A DNA stretch of 50,438 nt from Folioceros fuciformis (GCA_049999805.1 JBNGIO010006212.1:1-50438); one strand, 5' to 3'. Numbered from the stretch's first letter, positions 33,626 through 47,319 are shown. The notes: a model not told the origin generated them from the letters alone. Numbers and translations are program-made.

Positions 33626-34820
33626 TGCTAAGTGAGTGCGAGCCACTGAAAATTAGGACCTCTCCATTACTGGGTTCCGTCTTCTCTTGGATTTGCAAGC
33701 TTCCACCATACCTTCCTTTGTGTGGATCTCTTGAGACATCTATTCACCACTATTACGGGACAGTTAATCTGACCGCAACCCTACCCAGTAGTTACTTGCT
33801 ACCCAACAATGCTATCCACACGCACAACGACCAGCTTGCAAGTTGTGACTGTTAACTAGTATGCTTGTAGGGGGTATTCATACTAGAAAGTTGGCACAAG
33901 CAATGAGATTACCCAACATGACTGGCGCAAGTGTTGGAAGAGGTGGCTCTACTACACCTACAGAGGAGGGGATGCTGATTAAATATGGAGGTTATAGCAA
34001 AGAATGAGGTGGGGAGGGAGACACCTGTAGGAAATGTGAAGTGAGGTGGAGACCTTGGAACGTTAACGGAGAAGTGACGACCCTAGCACAGCAGATGCAA
34101 ATTCTTGAAGGTCTTGGAATTGTCATTTCCATAACCTGAAGAAGGCCACAAGCTGAGGACAATGTGTTTTCGTAGAATGCTTGGTGTTTGCGAGGGCGCA
34201 AACAAGTGAGGTGGGGAGTAATGTGGAACGGAAAAGTTTGATAATCGGTCTAGGAAAGTCTAACTTGGTTTCTTTTCGTTCAGAATAGTTCAAAGGGAGG
34301 CATGTGGAAGGTATGATTCTGGGCAAGTGCCCATGGTAGGTAGTGAGTGGCTGGTGAAGGTTTTTAGTTCTATTCTAGTAGGTTAGGATAAGAAGATATC
34401 TACGTAGTAGGATGTCTACCTACATACGTAGAGAAAGTACCTATGTGGGGAAAATGGAGGATATCTACGTAGATAGGGAAAGTACTTATGTAGATACCCC
34501 ACCTATAGCAACGGCAATGGGGTAGGCAACCTATCTACGACAATGGGTGCGAATGGTAGGGAACCTACTTACGAGAGGAGGGGTAGGGAACCTACCTACG
34601 AAGGGAGCAATAGGGACCCTACTTACGAAGAGGACATCCTCACCCTACGTAGGGAAGGGACCTCAAGTTGAATGACAAGTGGAGGTCCCTTCCCTACCAA
34701 ACTTGTAGGTGGTAGTGAAGGGATGTCCCAAGAGATCCACATAGAGGAAGGTGCAGTGGAAGCTCTGTAAAACTTGTGGAAGCATATTTCACAAAGACAA
34801 TCATAATAGTAATGAACAAT

Positions 34821-34864
34821 CTAATCTCCTAATCTCCTAATCTCCTAATCTCCTAATCTCCTAA
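34821..34864. repeat. (CTAATCTC)n microsatellite at the LTR truncation point
   Basis: About 5.5 perfect 8-bp units. Confidence 0.9.
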
Positions 34865-34939
34865 CCATTTCTCTCCAAAATTCATTCAGAGATTCCCAAA
34901 AAAAGAAACCCCACCATTTTCCAGGGGTTTGTAGACTCC

Positions 34940-36040
34940 ACAAAGCGCATCATGAAATACCTCAGGAAGCTTGGCTTTCTCCAGTCCCCTACCGATAGCA
35001 ATATGTCCATCCTGGTTGTTGGAGCCCTTTTCGTCATATTTGCCCTTTATGTAGACGATTGTGTTCCTCTCAGCAACAGCACAGAATAGCTCAATAAGGT
35101 TAAAGCTATGCCTAGACAGATTTGAGATGACAGATTAGGGGGATCTTCAGTTCTGTCTAGGTATACAGATTTTGCGGGACATGACAGCTGGACAAATCAC
35201 CCTACGTCAGACCAAGTACTTAAAGGAAATTCTTAAGCGCTTTAACCTACAAGATACACGACCTGTTGCTACTCCCTCGTCAGTGGGGGTAAAGTTGACT
35301 GCTGAATACTCACCTCATAGTCAAGCTGAGATTGATGACATGGCCGCAGCCCCTTATGCTGAGGCAGTTGGCTGCCTAATCCTTTTGGCTAACTTGACTC
35401 GCCCTGACATCAGCTACTCGGTTAGCATGGTTTCTCAGTTTCTTAAGCAACCAAGCCGATTGCACTGGGCAGCAGTTAAACATGTCTACATATATCTTAA
35501 GGGCACCATCAACTATGGCCTGCAATATTCAGCAAGTGGGAGACTGAGCATGGAGCTTATCTCATATGCAAACGCTGATTGGGCTTCAGATGCCGACACC
35601 AGAAAAAGTCAATCAACTTACTGTTTTATTCTTGCCTCTGGAGCTGTTAGCTTGAGTTGTAAGAAACAGACTTCCTTGGCGCTTTCCTCCACAGAGGTAG
35701 AGTATAAGGTGTTGACTAATGCTTGCAAAGAAGCTGAGTGGCAGCACCAGTTCTTGGAATCTGTTAAACAAGCCCAACCAGGTCCAACCAAGTTAATGTG
35801 TAATAAAATGAGTGCCATTGCACTTGTTTCAAACCCTAGATTTCATGCTCGCACAAAACACATAGAGTTGTACCACCACTACATCAAGGATGTGGGCTGA
35901 AAGGGGTGCAATCAAAGTGGAGTATGCGAGTACACATGATAATACCGCAAACATTTTTACAAAAGGGCTGACCAAGAGCAAACACTTTCAGCATCTGGCA
36001 GCCTTAGGTGTGCGTGAGTTTGCATATCCAAATCAGTCTT
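34940..36040 (+). pseudogene. Copia RT C-terminal half and RNase H, opposite in orientation to the surrounding elements
   Basis: ALYVDDC, PYAEAVGCL..TRPDISY, YANADWASD, LSSTEVEY, FHARTKHIE; with stops and frameshifts. Confidence 0.9.
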
Positions 36041-36519
36041 AGTGGCAATTGTCTATGCAGGGAAAACACATGTCACTAGCCTATCTTGTCTATGTGCCTA
36101 CTAGCTGCCACTATAATGATAGTGTAATGAAGTGTTAACATGATATGCTTGCAAAGCCATGGAAATCATTCCAAGGCATATGTACAAGGGATTGCAGTCA
36201 GCAAATTTTGATCTTAGCTCTAGTTGGACTTATGAATCTCAAGGGCATGGATGGTGATATCATCCTTGAAAAGAAAGTTTGCATTATTCAAGTGGCGATG
36301 GCAAATCATCTCGGTGTTCGAGCTTCGACGAGAGTACCCCCAGCATTCACCGAACTGTAAGGGGCTTGCAAGATATGGAGTGGCATTTGTAGGAAAGGTA
36401 GGAATCATAAACACTGCTATGAACAGACCTCTCTCTTTGCAAAATGAGTCAACAAAAAGTATCAAATGTAGCTATGTGTTGCATGCCCTTTGGGCAATGA
36501 ACAAGGTGCTCATATCTAC

Positions 36520-39408
36520 AAAGTCCCTTCACTGCTTTAGGATCCAGCTTCCTACGCTTCTCATCAGGTACATGCACATATGCAATGCACCCAAACACTT
36601 TCAAGTGCTTAATATCCGGCTTATAGCCATACAGTCTCTCAATTGGTGTAGCATCATGAATTCCTGCCGTAGGAGTTCGATTCAGTACATACACTGTTGT
36701 CATCACTGCCTCTGCCCAATTATCATTAGGTAAGCACTTCTCATTTAGCATTGCCCTTGCTGTTTCCATGACTACCCTGTTCTTCCTCTCTGCAACACCA
36801 TTCTGTTGTGGTGTGTATCTGCAAGTCAGCTGTCTTCGTATACCATGATCTGCAAGATACCTGTCAAACTCATTTGAGACATATTCTCCCCCTCCATTTG
36901 ATCTTAGACAAGAGATGGAGCAGCTGAATTCATTTTCAGCATGCTTTTTGAAGTCCTTGAAAGACTCGAACACTTCATCCTTATGCTTCAGTATGTACAG
37001 CCACGTGTACCTGCTGAAATCATCAATGAAGGAGACATAGTAGTGGGCTCCTCCAAACGATGCATTCTGTGAAGGACCCCATACATCAGAGTGTATCAAT
37101 TGCAAAGGTCTCGAGCTGTTCTGCATGTGTCGCACAAATGGAAACCTTGACTGTTTTCCAAATTGACATGCATAACACACATGACCAAGATCAGCATACT
37201 TGAACTTGGGCAATCCTTCCACCATGCTTTTCTGTTGCATAGATTTCAGCTTCTCTATGTTCACATGCCCAATCCTCTTATGCCATATTTCAACATCACG
37301 TATGGCACCTGCATCATTTGCAAACATTGCTGCATTTAGCTCTGGAATGGATGCATCCAGAGTGAACATCCATCCATTCCTACTACCTTTAGCAATCAGT
37401 TTGCGCCCTCTGTCATATTCTTCAATAAAGCATCCATCTTTATTGAATCGAACTTGCAGATTTTGTTCAGCCATCTGTCCAACAGACAACAGGTTCTTCG
37501 TAATGGTTGGAACATGCAACACATCTTGCAGACTCTTCTGCTGACCATTAGGCATCCTAAGAGGAACAATTCCTCTGTGCTTTATATCTGTTGTGTGTCA
37601 TCTCCTATACACACATGGCCATGGGGACCTACATCCATCTTGTTAAACCACTCGCCATGCGGAGTCATGTGGTTTGATGCTCCTGAATCAATGTACCATC
37701 TCTCATCATTCTGCCCATCCTGTTCAGAGAGATGTTGCATGGCAAAAACCCTATCCTGGTCATTTCCAGCATTACTAGAGGAGGCATAGTTCCCATGCTG
37801 CCTTCCTTTTTCTCTCATGTCTGCTTGCTGCTTATAGTAGTCCTTAGCAATATGACCAACCTTACCACAGTAGTGACACTCCTTGTCTCTATTGGAATGG
37901 TCATGAGATTGAAAAGAACCATCTCTTCCTCTTGTGGCTCTACCTGCGCCTCTAAAACTTCCAGATTCTCTTTGGCCTAGCGCATTTCCTCCACGCCAAT
38001 TGTCTTGCTGATTGTACGTGTTCCGAGCATCACCCCGTCCTCGGAATGAACCACGACCTCTGTGGCCTCTCCCACGCTGGTTAGAAAACAAAACAATGTC
38101 TCTCCCTTGAGATATACCTGAACCTGTGTTCAGACCAAGCTTAACTTCCTCATGCAGCAACAAAGCAACCAATTCATCCCAACTTGGGAACTCAACTCTC
38201 ACAGAGATTGATGTGTCAAAGGACTTGTACTCCTTGCCAAGTCCGTTCAGAGTAACTGCAACCATGTTATCTTCCGTCACACTTGCACTAATTGTAGCAA
38301 GCTGATCAGCTATGGTCTTCACCTCTGTTGTATACACGAGTATGGATCTGCTACCTCGTGACAAGTTGTTGAACTGCTGCTTCAACTGGATTTTCCTAGC
38401 ATGTGTGACATTTCCATAGTTCCTCATGAGTATGTCCCATGCATCCTTCGGAGACTCACATCTTGTGATCTGTATGACCATAGCATCTAAAATGCTTAAG
38501 GAGAGCCAGTGTAACACTTAACATGCTCTCTCAGTCCAATGCTTGTGAGCAGTCTTTTGCTCCTGTGATGGAGTACGATCCATCTCTAGTTCACTCTCAT
38601 CACCTGTGCAGAGGTCCCAATAGCCTCTACCTACCAAGAAGTTCTTCATCCTGAACTTCCACAAGGCAAAATTCTTGTTATCCAACTTCTCTCCCACGAC
38701 CTGAGAGATATTGTCTGATCCCTGCACATTAGCCATGATTCAGGCTCCTTTACGCACCAACACTTTTCCTGTAACTCCCTCCACTGCTGCAGAGCTCCAG
38801 CACTCCACAAGCCTCAATCAAATCTCAACAATTCCTGAATGTGCAACTAACTCTTCGCTAAGCAAAAACAGCCTTTGCTCAAGCTTTTAAAAAACAAAAC
38901 ACTTTTTGCCAAGTTCAGGCCTTCCTCCTCGCAAATCCTAGGCCTGCTATGGCTTCCACGGCTTGGTTGCCTCCAATAGTTGCTGCTCCTCCTGAGTCTC
39001 TCTCCCTCTTGTGTGCTCTTGCGCCTGTAGCGCCTGTAGCGCCTGTCGCGGCTTCCTACGCCGCTGCACCTCCTGCGCCTCTCAATGGCTTGCATTGCCA
39101 ACCACCTTCACGCTCACGGCCATAGCCTCAAACCCCCGCCATAGCCACCGGTGGTACCGGCACTCTCTCTGGCTCTGATACCATGTTGAAATAGCACCAC
39201 AACCTTAGAAGGACTCCACAGTTCCTTACTTATGGTGCACAGGATGCTACATATATAGCCTTCATGCGGGGCAACCCTCGATAAGGTAAGCCTTAGTCTC
39301 AAGGGTGCAATATCCTAGTATATCCTGATAACACTTAGGTGATAGATAACTACGAGTTCAATATGGGATAATCTACACTATCCTAAGTGTTGTATGCTCA
39401 TAATAACA
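36520..39408 (-). mobile_element. Nested Ty1/Copia element N: 5' LTR, PBS, gag-protease-integrase; 3' half missing
   Basis: LTR 39184-39408 (TGTT..AACA), PBS 39172-39183, gag (KLDNKNFALWKFRM, CHYCGKVGHIAKDY), WYIDSGASNHM, integrase (HSDVWGP, PQQNGVAERKNR, KLDPKA). Interrupts the RT of element M at 39409. Confidence 0.9.
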
Positions 39409-40265
39409 ATTCAGTTAGAGCTTGATTTCTAACAAGCTTGACAACAGGGAAAAATTATCTCCATAATCTATACTAGGTATCTGACTAAGTCCTTGAGCTA
39501 CTAGTCGAGACTTATACCTAGCAACAGTGCCATCAAATTTGAGTTTAGTCTTAAACACCCATTTGCAACTGATAGGTGGCAGATCAGGTGGCAGATCCAC
39601 CAACTCCCAAGTTTTGTTCTCTATAAGGGAGGCATATTCCTCATCAATCGAAGCACGCCATTTATCTCCATCAGAGCCATTAATGCCATCTTCATATGAC
39701 TAGGGGTCAGGACAAACTCCAAGTACATGTAGATTCGACACATTCACCTATGATCTTTGAAAGTCTACAGACGGATAAGGTGGTTCCTCCCACTCATCCC
39801 TTGGTCTCCTTTCTATGATAGGATACCGTGGCTCTGGAGGTAGAGGTTCAGCAGGTTCCTCAATAGCATCAACAACTTCAAAAACACCCGCATCCTCTTC
39901 TTCAGCAGCTTGACCAGCTTCATCATCGAAGTTAGGATCAGAACCACTGTTCTGCTCATCCAAATGTTCTGAAAGATTGTCTTGTACCCCTCCAGGCACA
40001 ACAGCAAAGAACCCAGGTGCTGGTGGTTGCTGCCTGTGAAGGTCCTAATCTCGACCTTCATCGTCCTCCAGATGAGATAAGTGATCCACCGACTCTCCAT
40101 CTAAATCTGGATATTGACCAACAAGAGCTAGCAAATGTGTAGGATCAGGTTGATTTTGATCAGCAGAGGCGACCAAGCTATCAACTAGAGAATCTGAGTC
40201 CTCTCCTGTATCATCAATCTCCAACAGTGAAGTACTAGGACCAGACCTTGGTGAGGTTGGTTCGT

Positions 40266-42214
40266 TGTCGAACAGAAAAGTTTGATAATCGGTCTAGGAA
40301 AGCCTAACTTGGTTTCTTTTTGTTTAGAACAGTTTGAAGGGAGGCATGTGGAAGGTAGGTTTCTGGGCAAGTGCCCATGGTAGGTAGTGAGTGGCTGTTG
40401 AAGGTTTTTATGGATTTTTTTAGTTCTATTCTAGTAGGTTAGGATAAGACGATACCTACGTAGTAGGATGTCTACCTACATACGTAGAGAGAGTACCTAC
40501 GTGGGGAAAATGGAAGATACCTACGTAGGTAGGGAAGGTACTTATACGGTAGACACCCCACCTACGGCAATGGGGTGGGCTATCTACCTACGACAATGGG
40601 TGGGAATGGTAGGGAACCTACCTACGAGGAGAGGGGTAGGGAACCTACCTATGAGGAGAGGGGTAGGGAACCTATTTACGAAGGGAGCAACAGGGACCCT
40701 ACCTACGAAGGGGACATCCTCACCCTACGTAGGGAAGGAACCTCAAGTTGAAGAACAAGTGGATCCCTTCCCTACCAAACCTGTAGATGGTGGTGAAGGG
40801 ATATCCCAAGAGATCCACACAGAGGAAGGTACAGTGGAAGTTCGTGGATCCAAAAGAAGACGAATCCCAATAATGGAGGGGGGCCGAGTAGCTCAACCTT
40901 CAGACTCTACCTCCCTTCAGGAGCAGTCCTAGCCACACCTTTTTGGAGAGAGGGTCAACGAATCTTCTATGGCAGCGCCGACAGTCCTAATCTTCAACGG
41001 CGCGCACTGCCCTAGCAATTATTGGTAGAACTTAGCCTCTTGGTAGGTGAGCGCAGTTAAAGTTGGTGGCACCTAGTGTGAGAGAAGGGTGGCCCACCAC
41101 CTACATGTAGGAGATGGTTCATGTGTCAATCTCTCCTATAAGGAGGGGCTACACAAAGAAATGAACCACCACATTCTGCACTCTTCTCATGGCAAGTTCT
41201 CATGCTTAGCAGAGCGTAGGAATCTCATTGCCGGTTGTGTGCCATCACAGCGCCTGCTTATGGCTAGAGTTGCAGTGGTCAAAGTGCTTGGCGGAGGGCT
41301 CATATTCTTCCATGGGCACCCTTGCAAGTTGCTTCCCTTGTGAATGGTTGTTGTGCTGCTGTAGGTGTGTGGCAATACCTGTGTGACTGTTGGCTTGAGG
41401 GTAGACTCCAGGGAAAGACTTCTTGGAAGTTCTCGCTAACAAGCACAAGCACGCAACAACCAGCCCAAGGAAAAACTTGTTGGGCCGTTTTTTGGATTGT
41501 GAGTGTTTCGTGACGAATAGTGAACCAACTTTCGTAAGCCTGTGTGGACGTCTTGGCGGAAGGGGGAGCTACTAGTGCCCTTTCTTTTGCCGATTGCAAA
41601 GGTTCTTGTGGTGTCTGGTTGGGAGTGTTGAACACATGGAGACGAGTAGTTGGATCACTGTGGAAGGTGTTGTGAGGAGACTTGTGAGGAAGGGGTGTTG
41701 GATGTAGGTAGTTAGAAATCGGTAGGGGAAGGTACTGGGGCCCTTCCAAGTAAAGGAATGGTGCATACCTACTGACTAGATGTGTTGAAGGTATGCGCTA
41801 GGGAAGGTTGAATGTCAAAGGTGAGCGATAAACACTGTTGGAGGGAGCGAAGCAGGCTCGGAGGAAATTTTGGTCGTTGGGCGTAAGAAGACGAACAACT
41901 AGCTGGTGGGTTGAGGAAGGTGTTGGAGGGAGCCTTGTGAGGGAAAGGCATTGAGTGTAGGGAGGTAGAAATCGGTAGGGGAGGTACTGGGGCCCTTCCA
42001 AGTGAAGGAATGGTGCATACCTACTGACTGGACGTGTTGCAGGATTGGTAGGTACGTGGTTAGGAGGGTTGACTATTGTAGGGGAACGATAGACGTAGCT
42101 GACCAGGCTTAGAGGGAAGCGATTCTGGGGAAGCCTACAACGACCGTGGGTTTGATGTGGCCACGCTACATGTGAGCAGGTGCCTGGTAGGGGTACCACA
42201 CCCGCTTGCCCACA
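40266..42214 (+). mobile_element. Solo LTR (1949 bp, family X) with TSD TTCGT, inserted in Copia M pol
   Basis: TG...CA termini; TTCGT at 40261-40265 and 42215-42219; removing it restores ...RSVTFDE-PTSPRSG. Confidence 0.92.
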
Positions 42215-45001
42215 TTCGTCAAAGGTCACACTCCTGGCAAGGACAACACGTAGAGATTTTGGGTCAAACAGCCTATAGGCTTTGGAAACTTCAGAGTATC
42301 CTAGAAAGAGGTAAGGCTTAGCCCTGTCATCCAACTTTCGACGTCTCTGTTTTGGTATATATGCAAAGGCCAAGGACCCAAATACACGCAGATGTAACAG
42401 GCTGGGTTTCTTTTTCCAGAAAGCCTCATAAGGAGTTCTACCAGGAACTAAAGTAGTGAGCACTCTGTTCAGGATATTGGCAGTAGCAGAGACGGCTTCA
42501 CCCCATTATTTCTTTGGTAAGCTAGCCCATCTCAACATTCTCCTTGTCATTCCCATCAATGTCTGATTTTTACATTCAACTACGTTGTTTTGCTGCTAAG
42601 TGTATGGAACACATAGTTGTCTAATAATGCCTTTAGCCTGAAAAAGTGTATAATACTTGTGTCCAATAAATTCACCTCTGTTGTTTGTTCTGAAACATTT
42701 CACCAAGTGCCCTGTCTGTCGCTGTACCATGGGTATCCATACTTTGATGCAGTCGAAGGCATCACTCTTAAGCTTGAGTGGAAACACCCATGTATATCGA
42801 GAAAAATCATTCGTCAGAGTAAGGTAATATTCAGCTCCTCCCAACGATTTCACTTGTAACTTTCCAGCTATATCTGCATGAATTAGTTCGAGGACTGACT
42901 GTGCCCTTTTTGCTTGCTTATTTTTGAAGGGTAACTCCTTCTGTTTTGACAACACACAAGAGCTGCAGATAGGGAGGTGCTTGAAACAAGCAGGAAGCTT
43001 CTCTCTAAAGCAATCAACAGATGACATTAGGTTCAGTTACTCTTTGTTCACGTGACCTAGCCTAGCATGCCACAAATTTGCCTTTGAAACTGATGAGGAA
43101 GCAAATGCTGAACTAGAATGTGAACAGGGGTACAATTTATGCAAATCATTAACCAATTCCCCTTTGGCTATGCAATGTCCAAGTGAAGACAAAGCATAGA
43201 AACAGCAACTGCCACGCTCAAAGGTGAACCCATAACGACCTTGCTTAGTAGCAGCCCTGACTGACAGAAGGTTCTTTAACATGGCAGGAACGAATAGGAC
43301 TTCCTCCAGTAGAATGTCATCACTTCCAGACAAGGTAATACTGACTGTACCAGATTTGTGTACTTCTAGTCCTCTATCATCCCCCACGTAAACTAACTGG
43401 GTAGTTGTATGTGGATTGAAGGACATGAAGAGACTACGACTGTTATGGACATGTGATGTGGCACCAGAATCAATGAACCAGGAGGAGGAGGACTCCCTTG
43501 TTAAAGGGAGGCAGACAGTAAGAACAGTTAAGGCTGCTTTTATGAAGGGAGACCGTAGAGCCCTTGTTCTTAGCAGCGACATGAGCTTCTGTCCTAGCCT
43601 CCTTCTTTGGCTCTCCAGCTTTCTTTTTTCGACAATCTCTCTCCCAATGCCGAGGAGTCTGGCACCAATTGCAGCTACCTTGCCGTTCGGTTGAAGAACT
43701 TGAAGCCGGACTTGGATGAGGTGATCTCGTTCCTTTTCCTTTCCCCTTCGCAAACGAGTTTTCCTCTGGCAGCAAGCATAACTTTCTCACTTTTCACTTG
43801 CTGTCCTTGTCCTCCAAGTCTGTGGCGGGACTGCTCTTCTTGAAAGAGTGCACTTGTGAGCTCACTAAGAGTGAGCGTATGTGCCTGTCCAGAAGTGACA
43901 GCTGCAACCGAAAATCGTAGGGCTGAGTTATGAGATGAGACGAAGTTCTAATAAGACGGTGGAAGACTGGACAGTAGTTGAGCAACTGCTTCATTCTCCG
44001 TCAACATGCTGCCAAGAGAGGCCGGCTGTGCTCTTAGGAATCGAAAGCAGCTCACATGAGCTTCGACAGAGTCCCCTTCTTGCATCCTAAGCAAGTGGAA
44101 TTCATTCCTAGCAGTCACAAGGGTTAGTATATTCTAAACCTGGTATGTATCTTTCAACTATTTCCAGACTTCAGCAGCTGTTTCCAAGTAGTCAACTTTT
44201 GTGACCATGGTTTCATCCAAGCCAGAGAGAAGGATAGCATAAGCAATTTTGTTGCCTTTATACCACTTGGATTTTTCATCTACAGTCGGCTGAACAGCTG
44301 CGGAGGTTGGGATCTTATTGGGATCAGTCAGAGAACCATCAACGTACTCCCAGACATCTCTAGCATTGAGAAATGCCTTCATCCAAGCTCTCCAGCTTTC
44401 ATACCAGGTCTGCTTGCCATCAGACCTATCTTTTTCTTTGAAGTCACCTAAGTAGGTGACTCCAATAGAAGTAGAAGTTTGTGCTGATGTTGTCATATTT
44501 GCAGGAGTCTGCCCAGGGATCTGACCAGGTTGAACATTGAGGTATGAAGCCAAATGGCCCAGTAATTGAACTGTTCAAATAGCTTCTAAGGAAGTATGAG
44601 ATCTTGGACTCCTCTTCCTGATCAGAATCGACACTGCTAATTGACGCAGATCGTGTGGGCGAGAAATATGTGTTCAGCTCACTATCTTCAGTGGACATGC
44701 TCTAGATAATCCCAAGTATCTGCAAGAGAAGACTAGACGGCCTGGAACTTAAGCGAAACAGTAAGTACCTCTCCATGATGGTTGGTTTTCAATTAGTTTT
44801 CAGCTGGACCCTAAAAACGAAAATTGAATGGACACTACTGAGCTCAAAACGACCTGTGTACGTAGGTGGGTGTGCTGAGTTGGCTGACAAATGGAAGGGC
44901 AAGGTTGATCTTGACAGCCCTTGAGATGCAAATGCTGCAGGGCTAGCATACGAATGAACCGGTGCCACTCACAAACGTGTCTGTACAAGTATGGAATGAA
45001 A

Positions 45002-45511
45002 TTAGAGTGGAATTGAGCAAATCTGCTCACGCACAGGGATCTGCATTGCAGATTGAATTGATGTTGTTTGATCCCTTGCTAAAGCTCCACTTCTGTTGCT
45101 TGCAGATGCACCACTCAACGACCCCACAACGTTGTTGATAGAATCATGAACTGTTGAGATCTGGTTTGTCAGCAGTCTATAGTGGCGATTAAAATCAGCA
45201 AGTGCATGCTCCTCTTGGTTAGTGAATGTCGTCAAAAGGTGAGCCTCAAAAGTTGACAACCACGCCTCCAGCACTCTCAGGCAAAGATCTAAATTTGCAA
45301 AACTGGGATTTCCCTGTTTTAGTTCTTCCTTGTCGTTTAAGTACTGAGGCTGTTTGAAATTGTGATTGCAGCGGCACTGGTTGGTAGAAGTTCTTCGCCA
45401 CGATGAAATTGGCTGAGATCGTGTCACAAATTGGGTTTGGTGACCCCTGGAGTATTGGTTCCCATCTTGTGTAGAGAACCCATTAGGGCACCTTGCTCCT
45501 CGGCGTGCCAT
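45002..45511 (-). CDS. Putative extra ORF (169 aa) between the PBS and gag of Copia M
   Basis: ATG-initiated, same strand as gag, helical-looking centre. No recognised homology. Confidence 0.35.
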   Translation of the reverse strand: MARRGARCPNGFSTQDGNQYSRGHQTQFVTRSQPISSWRRTSTNQCRCNHNFKQPQYLNDKEELKQGNPSFANLDLCLRVLEAWLSTFEAHLLTTFTNQEEHALADFNRHYRLLTNQISTVHDSINNVVGSLSGASASNRSGALARDQTTSIQSAMQIPVREQICSIPL

Positions 45512-47319
45512 TGCAAAATAGAATTAGGATCATTTGTAGTTTTCCATAGTAACTTGATTTAGAAGTTTTATGAACAAACTGCTTGTGTTGATTCTAGGAT
45601 GCAGGTGTAGAGTGTCTGCTCTGGCACACTATACTACATCTATCAAGGATGACAGATGTATATAATGTGCTTGTGTAGTCTATGTGCACTTGACCTCAAA
45701 ATCATATTTATGTGCTCTGATACCATGTAAAACTTGCAGAAGCATATTTCACAAAGACAATCATAATAATAATGAACAAGAGTTTACATAGCAAAATTGA
45801 AAGTGTCTCTTGATTAGTTAACCTAACCCTAAGTTATATGTTTAAAACATGTTAGGGTTTCATACCCCAACAAGCTCGTTGATCCAAGAGAAGACGGATC
45901 CCAATAATGGAGGGGGGCTCAATAGCTCAACCTTCATAGTTTGCCTCCCTTCAGAAGCAGTCCTAGCCACACCTTTTTGGAGAGAGGGTCAACGAATCTT
46001 CTATGGCAGTGGTGATAGTCCCAATCTTTAGCGACGCACACTACCATAGCAATTATTGGTAGGTCTTAGCCTCTTGGTAGGTGTGCGTAGTTAAAGTTGG
46101 TGGCGCCTAGTGTGAGAGAAGGGTAGTCCACCACCTACATGTAGGGGAGGGTTCATGTGTCGATCTCTCCTATAAGGAGGGGCTACACAAAGAAATGAAC
46201 CACCACATTTTGCACTCTTCTCATGGCGAGTTCTCATGCTCAGCAGAGCATAGGAATCTCGTTGCCGGGCTGTGTGCCATCACAACGCCTGGTTGTGGCT
46301 AGAGTTGCAGTGGTCAAAGTGCTTGGCGGAGGGCTCATATTCTTCCATGGGCACCCCTGCAAGTTGCTTCCCTTGTGAATGGTTGTTGCGCTGCTATAGG
46401 TGTGTGGCAATACCTGTGTGGCTGTTGGCTTGAGGGTAGACTCTAGGGAAAGACTCCCTTGAAGTTCTCGCTAACAGGCACAAGCACGTAGCAAATGGCC
46501 CAAGGAAAAGCTTGTTGGTCGTTGAACATAGGGAGACGAGCAGTTGGATTGTTGTGGAAGGTGTTGTAAGGAGACTTCTGAGGAAAGGGGTGTTGGGTGT
46601 AGGTAGTTAGAAATCGGTAGGGGGAGGTACTGGGGCCCTTCCAAGTGAAGGAAAGGTGCCTTCCTACTCACTGGACGTGTTGAAGGTACGCGGTAGGGAA
46701 GGTTGAATGTCATAAATGAACGATAAACACAGTTGGAGGGAGCTGACTAGGCTCGGAGGAAAACTTGTTGGTCATTGGACGTAGAGAGATGAGTAGCTAG
46801 ATTGTTGGGTTGAGGAAGACGTCGTAGGAAGCCTTGTGAGGAAAGGGTATTGAGTATAAGCAAATAGAAATCGGTAAGGGGGAGTACTTGGGTCCTTCTA
46901 AATGAGGGAATGGTGCCCTCCCACTATCTGGACATGTTGCAGGATTGGTAGGTACGTGATTGAGAGTGTTGACTATTGTAGGGGAACGATAGACGAAGCT
47001 AACTAGTCTCAGAGGAGCGATTCCGGGGAAGCCTATAGAGATCGTGGGATTGATGTGGCCACGATACATGTGAGCGGGTGCCTGGTAAGGTACCATACCC
47101 GCTTGCCCACAGCACCCTCCACAAATGACTCAAAGAATGACCATAACTTGAAGTTCTATGGATGGGTTGGAGCTGCAAGGCAAAGCAACTACAAGGATTT
47201 AGAGATCCTTGGTGGATAAGAGCAATAGCACCCTCACGAACAATGTTTCACACTCAATTTTTAATCAAGTTAGTTGTTGTAAAACTTAGTGGCTGTATGT
47301 ATGTGCTCTGTACATGGTT

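Larger units (their letters stand above)
34766..45872 (-). mobile_element. Ty1/Copia element M, degenerate and rearranged, with 5-bp TSD AGCTC
   Basis: 5' LTR 45726-45872 (TG..CA), PBS TGGTATCAGAGC at 45714-45725, gag with CNWCQTPRHWERDC knuckle, protease WFIDSGATSH, LWHARLGH, integrase, RT start (CKWVFKTK...YKSRLVAQG), 3' LTR remnant 34766-34819. AGCTC at 34761-34765 and 45873-45877. Confidence 0.9.
33900..47111 (+). mobile_element. 3' end of an LTR retrotransposon, probably Gypsy-type: polypurine tract plus 3' LTR (34222-34765 joined to 45878-47111), split by a Copia insertion
   Basis: Purine-rich AAGTGAGGTGGGGAGTAA directly precedes TGTGGAAC at 34222. The LTR ends GCCCACA at 47111. The rejoined halves are collinear with the uninterrupted copy at 40266-42214. 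Confidence 0.8.

Noticed and set aside
34821-34864. Telomeric repeat insertion
   Set aside because: The unit CTAATCTC does not match the plant telomere repeat CCCTAAA.
40468-40932. 154-aa ORF
   Set aside because: Lies within a solo LTR, arises from simple motif repeats, and is interrupted in the 34.4 kb copy.
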